Virus record (IMG/VR): IMGVR_UViG_3300021400_000103
Length of the DNA stretch: 64,000 bases
Origin: a virus
Taxonomy: Duplodnaviria > Caudoviricetes
Direction: 5' to 3' (one strand)
The notes beneath the pieces were generated by a model. That model had not been told where the DNA came from and ran no database searches. It saw only the letters and a list, made by a program, of their open reading frames with translations. Shown piece by piece: positions 49,063 to 59,922 of the stretch; within the stretch, counting starts at the first letter, position 1; each line of letters starts with the position of its first letter. The position numbers and the translations under genes are program-made.

Positions 49063-49613
49063 CAATGGCATACGCAACAAATCCTTATCTCTATGGGTAC
49101 AATACGTTTGGTTACTACCCAACGGTGCAGCCTACAATACCTGCACCAATTGTTGAACAGCCACAAGCACAGACTATGTATCCGACACAAATGTCGGGAA
49201 CATCGCAACCAAAATCAGATAATTCTTATATTATATGGGTTCAAGGCGAAGCTGGCGCAAAAGCATATCCAGTAGCCCGTGGTACTACTCTCCCGCTGTT
49301 TGATACTGAGGGAGATTTTGTCTATTTTAAGTCTGTTAACGAAAATGGTATACCAATGCCTTTGGTAACCATGAAGCTCGTTTCGGTCGAAAAGGATGAA
49401 ATTCCCGCACCGCAAGAAACGGTTGTTGTTGAACAGCCGCAAATAGACATGAGTATGTATGTAACCAAAGAAAAGTATGAAGAGCTGGCGGATCGAGTAT
49501 TAGAGTTGGAAACGAAACCGGATCCTGTCACGTCGGTAACTTCAAACTTTACAGGAAACACATTTAATAATACGAGAAAGGAGAACAAAGATGGGAATAA
49601 GTTCACTTTTTAA
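49059..49613 (+). CDS. Gln/Pro-rich cassette protein
   Basis: IIWVQGEAGAKAYPVA motif. Confidence 0.75.
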   Translation: MTMAYATNPYLYGYNTFGYYPTVQPTIPAPIVEQPQAQTMYPTQMSGTSQPKSDNSYIIWVQGEAGAKAYPVARGTTLPLFDTEGDFVYFKSVNENGIPMPLVTMKLVSVEKDEIPAPQETVVVEQPQIDMSMYVTKEKYEELADRVLELETKPDPVTSVTSNFTGNTFNNTRKENKDGNKFTF

Positions 49614-49818
49614 CATGTTTGGTAAGCAACAACCGCAGATGAACAACGGCTTACTAAATATGGTGAGCCAGTTCAATCAGTTTAAGAGTTCGTTTAAAGG
49701 CGATCCAAGACAGCAGGTACAGCAGTTATTGAATTCCGGACAGATGACTCAACAGCAGTTTAATCAACTTTCTCAGGCCGCCACGCAGTTTCAGCGGATG
49801 CTGAACGGTAGGCGGTAA
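49591..49818 (+). CDS. Gln-rich cassette protein
   Basis: DPRQQVQQLLNSGQMTQQQFNQL. Confidence 0.75.
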   Translation: MGISSLFNMFGKQQPQMNNGLLNMVSQFNQFKSSFKGDPRQQVQQLLNSGQMTQQQFNQLSQAATQFQRMLNGRR

Positions 49819-49901
49819 TTTTAATTAGGTTTCAATCCATTGCGCAAGGATGAAATATAAAAACACTTATTAACTAATTTCTTCACGAAAGGAGAAAAAA
49901 C

Positions 49902-50645
49902 ATGGCAATTTCAGATGGTTCTTTAAGTGCTGCAGATGTAGCAGCTGTAACTGGCAACGGCGGCTGGGGATTTGGTAATGGCGATGGCTCATTCTGGATT
50001 ATCATCCTATTCCTGTTCTTATTCGGAGCAAATGGATGGGGAAATGGTGGATTCGGCGGTAACGGTGGTTACGGCGGAGTTCCATATGTAGTTAATGATG
50101 TTCAGCGTGGATTTGACCAGTCCGCAGTAATGAGCGGTATCAATGGAATTCAGACATCGCTTTCTAATGGATTCGCAAATGCCGAGGTATCAAGATGTAA
50201 TACCCTCGCAAATCTCACCAATCAGATGAATTCAATTGCGATGGCACAACAGCAATGCTGCTGTGATAATCGCGCAGCCACAGCCGACCTGAAATACACT
50301 GTTGCAACTGAAGCTTGTGCAGACAGACAAGCGGTAACAGATGCACTTCAGGTAGTAACAAACACTGTAAATAGTGGTATTCAGTCCATCAAAGACCAGC
50401 TCTGCCAGGATAAGATTGACTCTAAGAACGAGGAGATTGCAAATCTTCGTACTCAGATTAATCTCTCTAATCTTGCTGCTTCTCAAGGAGCGCAGACGGC
50501 TGCTCTTATAGCTGATAATAATGCACAGACACAGGCTTTAATTAATAGAATAGCACCATATCCCGTACCTTCATATTCAGTTCCAGCTCCTTTTTACTAC
50601 GGTGTTGGATGTAATATGGGATGCGGTTGCGGTTATGGCGCATAA
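49902..50645 (+). CDS. Gly-rich, TM, CCC coiled-coil cassette protein
   Basis: GWG..WIIILFLF, VQRGFDQ, QQCCCD, C-terminal GCGCG. Confidence 0.8.
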   Translation: MAISDGSLSAADVAAVTGNGGWGFGNGDGSFWIIILFLFLFGANGWGNGGFGGNGGYGGVPYVVNDVQRGFDQSAVMSGINGIQTSLSNGFANAEVSRCNTLANLTNQMNSIAMAQQQCCCDNRAATADLKYTVATEACADRQAVTDALQVVTNTVNSGIQSIKDQLCQDKIDSKNEEIANLRTQINLSNLAASQGAQTAALIADNNAQTQALINRIAPYPVPSYSVPAPFYYGVGCNMGCGCGYGA

Positions 50646-50712
50646 CAATCATAACTCCTAAGGTAACATATTTTCATAAAGAAATTTTCGGTTTAAACCG
50701 ATTTTGATACCG

Positions 50713-50742
50713 ACCCCTACCTTGACCAAGGTAGGGGTTTTT
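50713..50742 (+). terminator. intrinsic terminator
   Basis: ACCCCTACCTTG/CAAGGTAGGGGT plus T tract. Confidence 0.75.
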
Positions 50743-50764
50743 ACAAGAATGGAGGATCAACAAA

Positions 50765-51220
50765 ATGGCGGAATACAGAGAAAACGCTGTACAGACCGTG
50801 GCTCCTGGAGCGACGGTTGTTTTTAGTAATGACTTCTTCCCGTGTAATAAGGGATATATTGTACACCAAAATGATTCTGGGTTATTTCAGGTTCGTGGAA
50901 TTGTGAATAACCCGTGTGCTATGTATGGTAGATTATCCATAGATTTTAGCGCCAACATCGCAGTTCCTTCTACCGGTACTGCTGAGGCAATAAGCCTTGC
51001 AGTGACCGTCAACGGAGCAACAGAACCTGCAACTTCAATGGTTGTTACTCCAGCAGCTGTCGCTACAGACCCACCGACAGATGCTAATTTCTTCAATGTT
51101 GCACGTATGGTAGAAATACCCATTCCTCGTGGTTGTTGCCAAAATGTGGCAATCACAAATACTTCAAATCAGGCGATTTTGGTAAAGAACGCCATCATAG
51201 ACCTGGATAGAATAGCGTAA
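50765..51220 (+). CDS. beta-rich cassette protein (BclA-C/TNF-like fold possible)
   Basis: MAEY..AVQTV..G; FSANIA; NFFNV. Confidence 0.65.
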   Translation: MAEYRENAVQTVAPGATVVFSNDFFPCNKGYIVHQNDSGLFQVRGIVNNPCAMYGRLSIDFSANIAVPSTGTAEAISLAVTVNGATEPATSMVVTPAAVATDPPTDANFFNVARMVEIPIPRGCCQNVAITNTSNQAILVKNAIIDLDRIA

Positions 51221-51239
51221 GGAAGGAGGTATTTTTGCA

Positions 51240-51656
51240 ATGGATGTATTAGATATTATTTATGACAAAGCATGTTGCGAACTTGAAGAGATTGGAAAGA
51301 AAGAAAAACTGGACAGCAAAGACGTTGAGCTTATGGACAAATTTGTAGACATTATGAAGGATATTGAGGAAATGTCTGGATCACAGGATCAGATGGGATA
51401 TTCTCAGACTGGCGGTGGCTATAATAACGGCAGCAGTTATGGCAGAGGAATGCGTATGAATCGTATGAGTCCAATGTATAATCGTAGCTATGGTAGCCGT
51501 GGGTCTTACGGTCGAGGTATGACTGGTGGATATTCCCGTGATGAATCTAAAGATATGATGCTTGAGCGTCTTCAGGAAGTAATGGATATGGCTGTGGATG
51601 AGAAGGATCGAAAGGCTGTATCGAGATTAATGGAACAGATGGATAGTCGTAATTAA
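51240..51656 (+). CDS. cassette protein with Gly/Ser/Tyr/Arg-rich linker
   Basis: CCELEEI; repeated SYGRG; GYSRD. Confidence 0.75.
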   Translation: MDVLDIIYDKACCELEEIGKKEKLDSKDVELMDKFVDIMKDIEEMSGSQDQMGYSQTGGGYNNGSSYGRGMRMNRMSPMYNRSYGSRGSYGRGMTGGYSRDESKDMMLERLQEVMDMAVDEKDRKAVSRLMEQMDSRN

Positions 51657-51668
51657 ATAGTGATTTAT

Positions 51669-51704
51669 AGCCCAAGGGTGTGTAATCACTCTTGGGCTTT
51701 TTTT
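51669..51704 (+). terminator. intrinsic terminator
   Basis: AGCCCAAG/CTTGGGCT plus T tract. Confidence 0.75.
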
Positions 51705-51736
51705 AAATTAGAAAACAACCTGAGAGGATTCTATAT

Positions 51737-51928
51737 ATGATAATTAATAAATTGATCAAAGAGATGGTGGATAGATTAAATCTATCCGTTGACGAAATCT
51801 CACACAAGACGGGATATACGGTCGAAGAAATTGAAGCTGTGCTTAATGGTACAGCAGTGTCTACAAAAAAGGCTTTTAATATTTGTAGAGCTATAGATGT
51901 GGATTTGGAAGATATACTAAAAGCCTAA
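51737..51928 (+). CDS. XRE-family HTH protein
   Basis: LSVDEISHKTGYTVEEIEAVLNG...ICRAIDV. Confidence 0.75.
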   Translation: MIINKLIKEMVDRLNLSVDEISHKTGYTVEEIEAVLNGTAVSTKKAFNICRAIDVDLEDILKA

Positions 51929-52132
51929 ATCTTATTTAAGAATAGAAACAAATCACATCCGGATTGAATTGTCAGGTATTTCTGTGGCTACATATAGAGA
52001 AATAATCTTATCTGTAAATGTATCTAGGATGATTACAGTAAACATGGACAAATACTCATGCTAATATTTGTTCTCCTACCCCACTCACTATTGAGGTGGG
52101 TGGGGGATATTATGAAAGGAGAAAAAACGGTA

Positions 52133-52633
52133 ATGGATGAGATAATAGATCAACTAATTTCTGATATAAATAAATTCAAGTATAACATAGGTAAGAATTT
52201 TGCAGAATTAGTAGCAAATGAATTAACAAAAGAAGCGAAGAACGCCATAGATGATTTTTACAATCAATATGATCCAGAGGATCCAAGTATGCATAATGGC
52301 AGGGTTTATTATTATCGTCACTGGAACTTTAGGAAGAGTTTTAGGACGTACTATAAAAACAGGTCTCCAAAATTTGTTGGTGGAGTTGAATTATTACAGG
52401 ACGAGTTGCCAGATGTGTATAGCGGAAAAAACTCATCACCTCAAAGTGTATTCGATAGAGTATATTTAGGGCTTCATGGAATAGCATCATTACAAGATCT
52501 TGGAATTCCACGCTTAAAACCAACACCAATACGTAGGATACTTGAAAAGCAAAAATATATTGTTGAAAATCAAGACTTATATACGAATAAGGCAATAAAT
52601 ATTGCCTTGCGTGATACATACAATTATTTATAA
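52133..52633 (+). CDS. tail completion/neck-like protein
   Basis: IDDFYNQYDP...YYR motif; directly before the tape measure gene. Confidence 0.55.
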   Translation: MDEIIDQLISDINKFKYNIGKNFAELVANELTKEAKNAIDDFYNQYDPEDPSMHNGRVYYYRHWNFRKSFRTYYKNRSPKFVGGVELLQDELPDVYSGKNSSPQSVFDRVYLGLHGIASLQDLGIPRLKPTPIRRILEKQKYIVENQDLYTNKAINIALRDTYNYL

Positions 52634-52655
52634 ACCATAGGAGGTGAATATATAT

Positions 52656-55600
52656 ATGTCCAATCGCAAAGTAACAATAGAAGCCGATGTCAAAGTAAAT
52701 GAAAAGAAAATCAGGCAGCAGTTTCAGACAGTATCTAAGACTATCGAAAACTTGAAAGGACAAGTCAGAGATATAAACAATTCACCAAAGGGTGGTTCGG
52801 ATGTTGCTCAAAAACTTATCGATAGTATGAAAAAGGCCATTTCTGAAATGGAAGTGATGAAACAACAATATCAAAATGTCTTACAAGGAATTGAATCACA
52901 TAAAATCAGTTCTAAACAATTAAATGATTTTGTTAAAGTATTTGAAGAGCGATTTCAAGTAATTGAAAATAGAATGGCTTCAGTAGAAGAAATGGGTTCA
53001 AAATTAACAAAATCCATGAAAGCCTTTTCATTAGATAAGCTTAACGAGCGTATCAAAATAATTGAAGAGACTGTTAATAAATTCACCACAACAATTGGAG
53101 GTGCTGTCAATGCGCTTTCGACTTTTAATCAAATGGTTGATGTGTCAACCTCAAAGCCAAAAGAGATTACAATCAAAGCCGATACAAGCCAGTTGAAAAG
53201 GGTGGAAGAATTACTTAATAAAATGCAGGACTCTGATAATATTTTAGGTGGAAAATCAGGACTTAAAATAAACACAGCAACTGCAATTAAGAATCTGTCA
53301 GATTTATACAGTAAATATCAAATATTATCTGATGAATTAAACAAGCAAAAAGATCCGCAAGAATTGACTAATATAAAAATACGAATGGCTGAATTAATTT
53401 CTCAAATGGGTAGTTTCATAAATCGTATTTTAGAGTTAAAAAAGATAAGCGGAGATGATATATCCGGTGGAGCAATTGAAAAATTAGGATTCGATATAAA
53501 TGGAATAGATTTTGCAGATTTTTATATTAATATTGAGAACCTTGTAGGAAAAACCTCAACTATATTGTCATCGTTAAGAGACAATATAAAAGACAACATG
53601 GAAATTGCTGTCAATGAGGCTACAACCGAAGTTTCTCAATTCACGTTTAAAAACGGTGGTATACGTATTCCAGTAACAGTTGATGCAAAGTCAAAGCATG
53701 CATTAGAAACAAAATATAATGAAATAGTAAATACATTACAAGAGTATGCAAATGTTCACCCAGTTAATGTTACAATGAGGCTGTTCCCTCTAAATACAAA
53801 CAGAGCAGATGCCACGGAAATAACAAATGAATTAAGAAGAATTCAAACAGACATTTCTAGTGTTACAGACGAAGAACTTCGAACCAAATTAAATTCTTTA
53901 TATGACGATTTGGAATCTCAGTTTCAAAAAGCATTAAATTTAAAGATCAAAGTAGATCTTGGTGATACAGAAGCCAGCTTAAGGCAAAGGATAAAAGAAT
54001 TAAATGAAACCGTAAGAGGTGAAGGATTTACAATTTATCCTAAATTTGAAATTCCAGACGAGGAAGCAGATAAGATCTCCTCAAAATTGGCTGAAATACA
54101 GAAGGATTTTACATTTAGTGCAACATCTGAAATAAAAACAATGGCAGACTCATTAAACAAATTGTTTTCAATTGAAAATGTTGAAGCGTGGAAATCTGCT
54201 TTTGTCAACGCTTTGGATGAGATTAATGGAAAACTTACATCATTTCATAACATGATCAATCCATTGTTGGAATCGATCAAATATACATCTGCAAAGAACA
54301 AATCGGCTACTCCAAATATTGGTGATGTAAATGTCATAATTGAGTTTACAAATGCAATGTCTGCATTACAGAACGCATTAAAAAAACAACAGGAATATAA
54401 GCTTGATATTGATATAAGTCCAGTCTCAGAAAAATTAGATATTTTAAAAGCCACAATTCAGATGATAAGCGGAAAATTAAGTATATTGCCTACCTTGTTA
54501 AATGAGTTAAAGAGTTTTAAAAATATCGATGCTGATTCGTTAATTCAAAATATTCAGAACAGCGTAAGTTCAGAATCTCCGGTTTTAATACCAATAACAC
54601 CAGATTTATCAAATATAGAAGATTTTGTCGAACAAATTCGTGTGGCGCTGTCTGATTCTAAACTAAATATCGGCATAAACAATATACGGTTGAATCAATC
54701 GAAGCAGACGAGTTTAAAAGATCAATTACAAAATGCGGATTATGCAAATTTATTGTATCATCAAATTGACTCAAAACTCGAAGAATCTTCTGGGAATATT
54801 GGTGAAAAACTACGAAAAAAGATATCAGAGTCTTTAGTTGCCGGATTAAGAAACGGTCTAACATCTGTAAGTGAAATGATTGATGTTGGATTAAAAGGCA
54901 CACAATTTGAGAGTATTACCCAACAAATAATCGGCGACAGTGATACTATAGATACAATCAAAAATATTGCTAACGAGGTTGCTATTTCGTTCAAAAAAAC
55001 ACTTGGTGATGATAATTCAGACATTAAAATGCTTTTAAATAGAATCGAAAGCGACATTCAATCGTCAGGAAAAGAAATAACAATACCTATTTCTCCATCG
55101 CAAAATAATGTAAATCAATTTGTTGATAAAGTGCAGTCGATGATTGATTCTCGTAGCGTACATTTAAAAATTAGTGATGAATCCATAAATCAAAATAATC
55201 TTCCATCGGATAATACGATATTCAATGAAACTCCAGTTTCAACTGAATCTACTAATGTTGAGACAAAAGCTCTTCTTTCTAAAAAAGACGTTGTCGAACA
55301 ACTTCGTGCCGAACTTAATTTAACTAAAAAGGCTGCTGAAGATTTATTTAATCAACAGGGCTATACCAAAACAAATAATAAATATCAAATAGAGCAAATT
55401 GCAGTTAACGAATTGATAGCTTCTCTTAAAGAGAAAAAACAAATAGAAGCATCTCAAAATCCCTCTACTACTTCTCCAACTATAAATGCTATGCAATCTG
55501 AAGTCGAGGCTGTTAATCAAGCTGTCGATACAGAAAAGAAAAAGTTTGATGAATTAAAAAATAAGATATCAAAAACTATTCCAAAGGCTATAGAAACCAA

Positions 55601-57227
55601 AAATAAATCCTTTGAAAAAGAGGGAAATTTAGTAGCTAAAATAGTTGATGATGAAATTACTTATTTCGAAGTTTTAAAGGACACTGTTGATGGTGTAACC
55701 GAATCTATAAGCAAACAGGAAAATGTTGCTAAGGATTTGAAACAAAAAAATGAAACACAAAAGCAGAAAAAACAAGATAAACCAACAAGCGATAGAGACA
55801 AGGCGACATTATTGCAAGAACATTATACCGACCTAAGAAGGAGCGCTTATCAATCATTTGGGCAGAAAAGTGACATACAGCAAGAGATGTCAAAATACTA
55901 TTCACAAATAGCCAAAGAATCAGAGATTGCCTATTCTAAAGCAGAGAATAAGGCGAATAGTTTAATTGTTCAGGTAGATAATATTAAACGGTTTGGAAAA
56001 TACACTTCTGACTTTGTTGCCGAATTAGACTCTGCTAGAAATGAATTAGATGCGTTCCTTGAAGAATTGAGATCTGGAGATATTCCATTCGAGACTATTG
56101 ATCAAAGGATTAAAACATTAAGTCAAGATATTGAAGGTACATTATCAAAAAAGGCATTTAGTAGTGTCAAACAAGCTGCTGAAAAATCCTTAACCAATGT
56201 AGGATTAAAAATAGATCAGATTATCGCAAAAAACTCTGCTATGGGAAAGGATTTTGAATCAAGATTTAAAAATCTTCGCAGTGATTTGGGGTTGGCAGAA
56301 AGCGTCGAAGACGTACAAAGAATAATAGCTGAGGTCAATAAGCTTGAATCTGAATTAATTTCAACCGGGAATACTGGCAAAAGTTTTATTGATCAGATTA
56401 AACAAAGAATGAGGGATATAAATACGAAATATATCGCTCAATATTTTAGTTTTCAAGATATTATTAGATACGCAAGGCAAGCAGTTACGAACGTAATCGA
56501 ACTCAATGATGCATTTATAGAATTATCAAAAGTATCTAACACAACAGTAAAAAATCTTGAAGCAGATTTTCAGTCATATGCTGATATCGCAAAAGATATT
56601 GGTGGAACTATAACAGATACAATTAATGCAACTGCCGATTGGGCAAGGATGGGTTACTCTGTTCCAGATTCAAAGCAATTAGCAGAAGTTGCTATGTTAT
56701 ATAAAAATGTCGGAGATGGTATTGATATTACCGCTGCAAACGAATCGCTTATATCTACTCTGCAAGGTTTTCAGATGCAAGCAGATGAGGCAGAACATAT
56801 TGTAGACGTATTCAATGAGGTAGCAAATAACTACGCTATTGGTAGTGGCGGAATTGGTGAAGCTCTTCAACGGTCTGCTGCGTCTTTGAATGCTGCGAAT
56901 ACATCGTTAGAAGAATCTGTTGCATTGGTAACTGCGGCTAATACTGTAGTTCAAAACCCGGAAAGTGTCGGAACAACATTCAAGACATTATCAGCCCGTA
57001 TACGTGGCGCAGATACCGAATTGCAAGAACTTGGAGAAGATGCCGATGAATTTACCGAAACAACATCAAAACTTCAAGGATTAGTTAAATCATTAACTGG
57101 CTTTGATATACTTGAAGCTGATCAGAAAACATATAAATCTATATATGAAATTCTTATAGGTATAGGTAAAGAGTGGCAAAATCTTAGTGATATTGAAAGA
57201 GCATCTCTTGGAGAAGCTCTTGCTGGT
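52656..57227 (+). CDS. tape measure protein, exon 1
   Basis: Long coiled coil plus TP901-like core (ADWARMGY, VDVFNEVANN, GTTFKTLSARIRG); ends ALAG. Confidence 0.9.
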
Positions 57228-58583
57228 AAATTCTATTACCAGGATATGTAGTAATACATATTAAAGAATATATTTAATTGCAGGTAAAACCTAAAGCCTT
57301 ACACCACAATAAAAGGGAAACTATTTTATGATGGTACGAAAGTAGAAACAACGTAAGGATGGTATATGGTTAAAAACCTAAGTACTGCTCTTGTATTTTT
57401 TGAAGAGAAAATGGTAGTTCATGCAACGAAGCACCCTAACGTATTCTGGAGACCGTCCAGTACTTGAGTCGAGGGTGAACGCTCAACGATCATTCCCTAT
57501 GAGGGATTTAGGAAAGGTGTTAATCACCATAAAATAAAGGTGGAAATCCTGAATACCTAAATCATTAGAAGTAGAGCCACAATCGCAAACGGTGGCGGTG
57601 AAAAACCATAAGTCGAAAAGGTATACTCCTACTCTATTTAGAAAGGATGAAGAAATGATCTATTCTCATATGAAAGTATGAGTTTTAATTGGTTATCAAA
57701 AATATGTAATGAAACAAAATAGATGGTCAGATTTGGAAATACAATTATTAAAAGATAATTATGACAGTACTTCCAAAGAAGAAATGTTAGAGTTATTAGC
57801 TCCACGATCATGGAGTTCGATACTTACAAAAGCCAATAAGCTTGGTATAAATAAAAGGTTAAATTGGACTGATTCCGAAGACAAATTATTAAAAAACACA
57901 TACTCAACAACTGATATAAATGAAGTTGTAAGACTATTTCCTGATAGAACAAAACACAGTATAATTGCAAGAGCAATAAAATTAGGATTGAATTCTTTTA
58001 ATCACCCAATTTGGACTGATGAACAAGTTCAATATATAATTGATAATTGGCAAATATTACCAGATGAAATTATAGGTCGAAATATAAATAAAACCAAAAA
58101 TGCAGTCAAAAGAAAACGTAATCTATTGGGATTACATAGGCAGCAAAAAGGTTGTTATTATAATTATGAAAATATATCAAAATATATACGTGGACAAATA
58201 TGGGATTGGAAGAAAAAATCTATGGAAAATTGTGAATATAAATGTGTTATCACTGGAAGTAAAGATTTTGAAATACATCATATTTATCCAGTCAACAAAA
58301 TAATAAAAGATATATATGAAAAATATAACATTGAATACAAGAATTATGAAGATTATTCAAAAGAGGAACTATCTAAAATAGTTACTCTTTTTTGTATTGA
58401 ACAAAATACACACCCATTAGGAGAATGCACAAGAAAAGATTTACACAAATTGTTTCATGAATTATATGGACAATATAATACAACCTATGAACAATGGGAA
58501 CGATTCAAACTCGACATTAAGAAAGGAGTTTATGATAACCATATTAAAATAGATATTGTTGCGTAATATCTAAAATGTAAAAG
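57228..58583 (+). mobile_element. group I intron 1 of the tape measure gene
   Basis: Core similar to intron 42574; P1 CTGGT/ACCAG; P10 TTCTATT/AAGAGAA; terminal G58583; restores LAGKRNAN. Confidence 0.85.
57709..58566 (+). CDS. HNH homing endonuclease (intron-encoded)
   Basis: Three W(S/T)D.E..L repeats; CVITG...HHIYP...HKLFHELYG. Confidence 0.85.
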   Translation: MKQNRWSDLEIQLLKDNYDSTSKEEMLELLAPRSWSSILTKANKLGINKRLNWTDSEDKLLKNTYSTTDINEVVRLFPDRTKHSIIARAIKLGLNSFNHPIWTDEQVQYIIDNWQILPDEIIGRNINKTKNAVKRKRNLLGLHRQQKGCYYNYENISKYIRGQIWDWKKKSMENCEYKCVITGSKDFEIHHIYPVNKIIKDIYEKYNIEYKNYEDYSKEELSKIVTLFCIEQNTHPLGECTRKDLHKLFHELYGQYNTTYEQWERFKLDIKKGVYDNHIKIDIVA

Positions 58584-58904
58584 AAGAGAAACGCAAATAC
58601 TCTATACGCCGTACTTGATAATATTGAAACTCTCGAAGCTGCATACCAAACAGCCGAAGAATCTGCTGGATCGGCACAACGAGAACAAGAGAATTATCAA
58701 AAGGGTATTACATATTCGATTAATCAGGCCAAGGCAGCGCTTGAAGAGTTGTCTTATGATGCTATAAATTCTGACTTTTTGAAAGGACTTGTTGATTCTG
58801 GTACAAAATTAATTGAAGTATTAGACTTTATCATTGATAAGGTTGGTCTTCTTAAGACCGCCCTCATCGCCATCGGAACCATATGGGGTTCCCAAAAGCT
58901 GGGT
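58584..58904 (+). CDS. tape measure protein, exon 2
   Basis: KRNANTLYAVLDN...SAGSAQRE...GSQKLG, in frame with ORF 58749. Confidence 0.85.
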
Positions 58905-59382
58905 TACTGTGTATCAAGTAGGCTCAGGTACCACCCCGCGCCACGGCTAAAACCCGTGGGTAAAACGCAAAGACCATCATTTCGTCAAACAACCGTTTCA
59001 CGAAATGGTGTAGGGTGTACAAGTAAAATCAAACGATGTGGGATATCCCACTCTCGTACCGCTGATATGACTGCGTGGAGCTACGCAGCCTAGGATGTCC
59101 GTGAGGCTCCTACAAGGACTGGAAAGGGTTATGGATCTCACTATAACGGTGTACCGTTATACCTAACCATAACTCCAATCAGCAGGGAAGCGTACTACTC
59201 TCCCACTACTGGTGAGCAAGTGCTGCCCCCAGAGGCTCCCAAGCGGGCGCGGACGAAGTGCTATGCATAAGTACGCGAAGGTAGAGTCCAAACACCGGAT
59301 TTGAGACGTCCGGTAAAAAGCCCCGGCTAGTAGGCATACTGCTCTGTATTACTAGCGGCTTGTGCGAGAGCAGAAATTGATG

Positions 59383-59517
59383 TTTACAACTAAATAATAA
59401 TGTGATACAATATTTAACAGAAAAAGGTGCTACCGTAAAGCAAGCGGTTAGCCCCTGAAACTATTAGTTATAAATAATAACCGCCGAGTTTTCTCAGGAC
59501 TGTGGGCGGTTATTTTT
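59383..59517 (+). ncRNA. putative type I antitoxin sRNA with promoter and terminator
   Basis: TTTACA-17-TACAAT with TG extension; terminator AATAACCGCC/GGCGGTTATT overlapping the 3' end of the peptide gene. Confidence 0.65.
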
Positions 59518-59574
59518 ATGTTCTTTCACGAGTTCAATAAGTAACATCGCTATAGCATAAATAGTTTGAACCAT
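59494..59574 (-). CDS. putative type I toxin peptide (26 aa)
   Basis: MVQTIYAIAMLLIELVKEHKNNRPQS; RBS AAGGAGG held in the GCCCTTC/GGAGGGC hairpin. Confidence 0.6.
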   Translation of the reverse strand: MVQTIYAIAMLLIELVKEHKNNRPQS

Positions 59575-59635
59575 TTTACTGCCCTCCTTTCCGAAGGGCG
59601 AACATAAGAAGCCCTTCTAATGAAGGACTACTCCC

Positions 59636-59866
59636 CTACCACTTTGCGCCACAGGATCCGCACTGCATGGTTTTCCCGAGGTTCGAAGATGCTAAACCAA
59701 ACATCCCTGTGCTAACCCATCTCTTACCGGCTCCAATCTTCTTCACGTTGGTGGATCCGCAGGTGGGACATTTGGGGACGTTGGTAATATGATTGGTTGT
59801 TTCCGCATTTTTATAATCGTTAATCGCATTACTAAATTCCTTATTAAATTGGTCACTAAATCCCAT
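59636..59866 (-). CDS. Zn-ribbon protein (intron cargo)
   Basis: CPTCGS...CGSCG; GGAGGTG RBS; leftward TTGCTC-17-TATAAT promoter at about 59887-59915. Confidence 0.8.
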   Translation of the reverse strand: MGFSDQFNKEFSNAINDYKNAETTNHITNVPKCPTCGSTNVKKIGAGKRWVSTGMFGLASSNLGKTMQCGSCGAKW

Positions 59867-59922
59867 AAAATTCACCTCCTTAATCTATTATATAATATAC
59901 GCTTCACAAGAGCAATCATTAG

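Larger units (their letters stand above)
58905..59922 (+). mobile_element. group I intron 2 of the tape measure gene, carrying antisense cargo
   Basis: P1 CTGGGT/GCTCAG with U.G; P10 AGTAG/CTACT; AATCAGCAGG, CAGAGGCTC/GGTAGAGTCC core; terminal G59922. Confidence 0.85.

Noticed and set aside
47709-52633. Programmed frameshift tail-chaperone pair
   Set aside because: No convincing slippery site with an overlapping downstream frame could be identified by eye.
58905-59093. C-terminal extension YCVSSRL... of ORF 58749-59093
   Set aside because: Readthrough into intron sequence past the predicted 5' splice site.
26876-59922. Stop-codon reassignment or pseudogenes to explain truncated TerL, tail and tape measure ORFs
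   Set aside because: All breaks are explained by group I introns with frame-restoring junctions, and all three stops are used normally.
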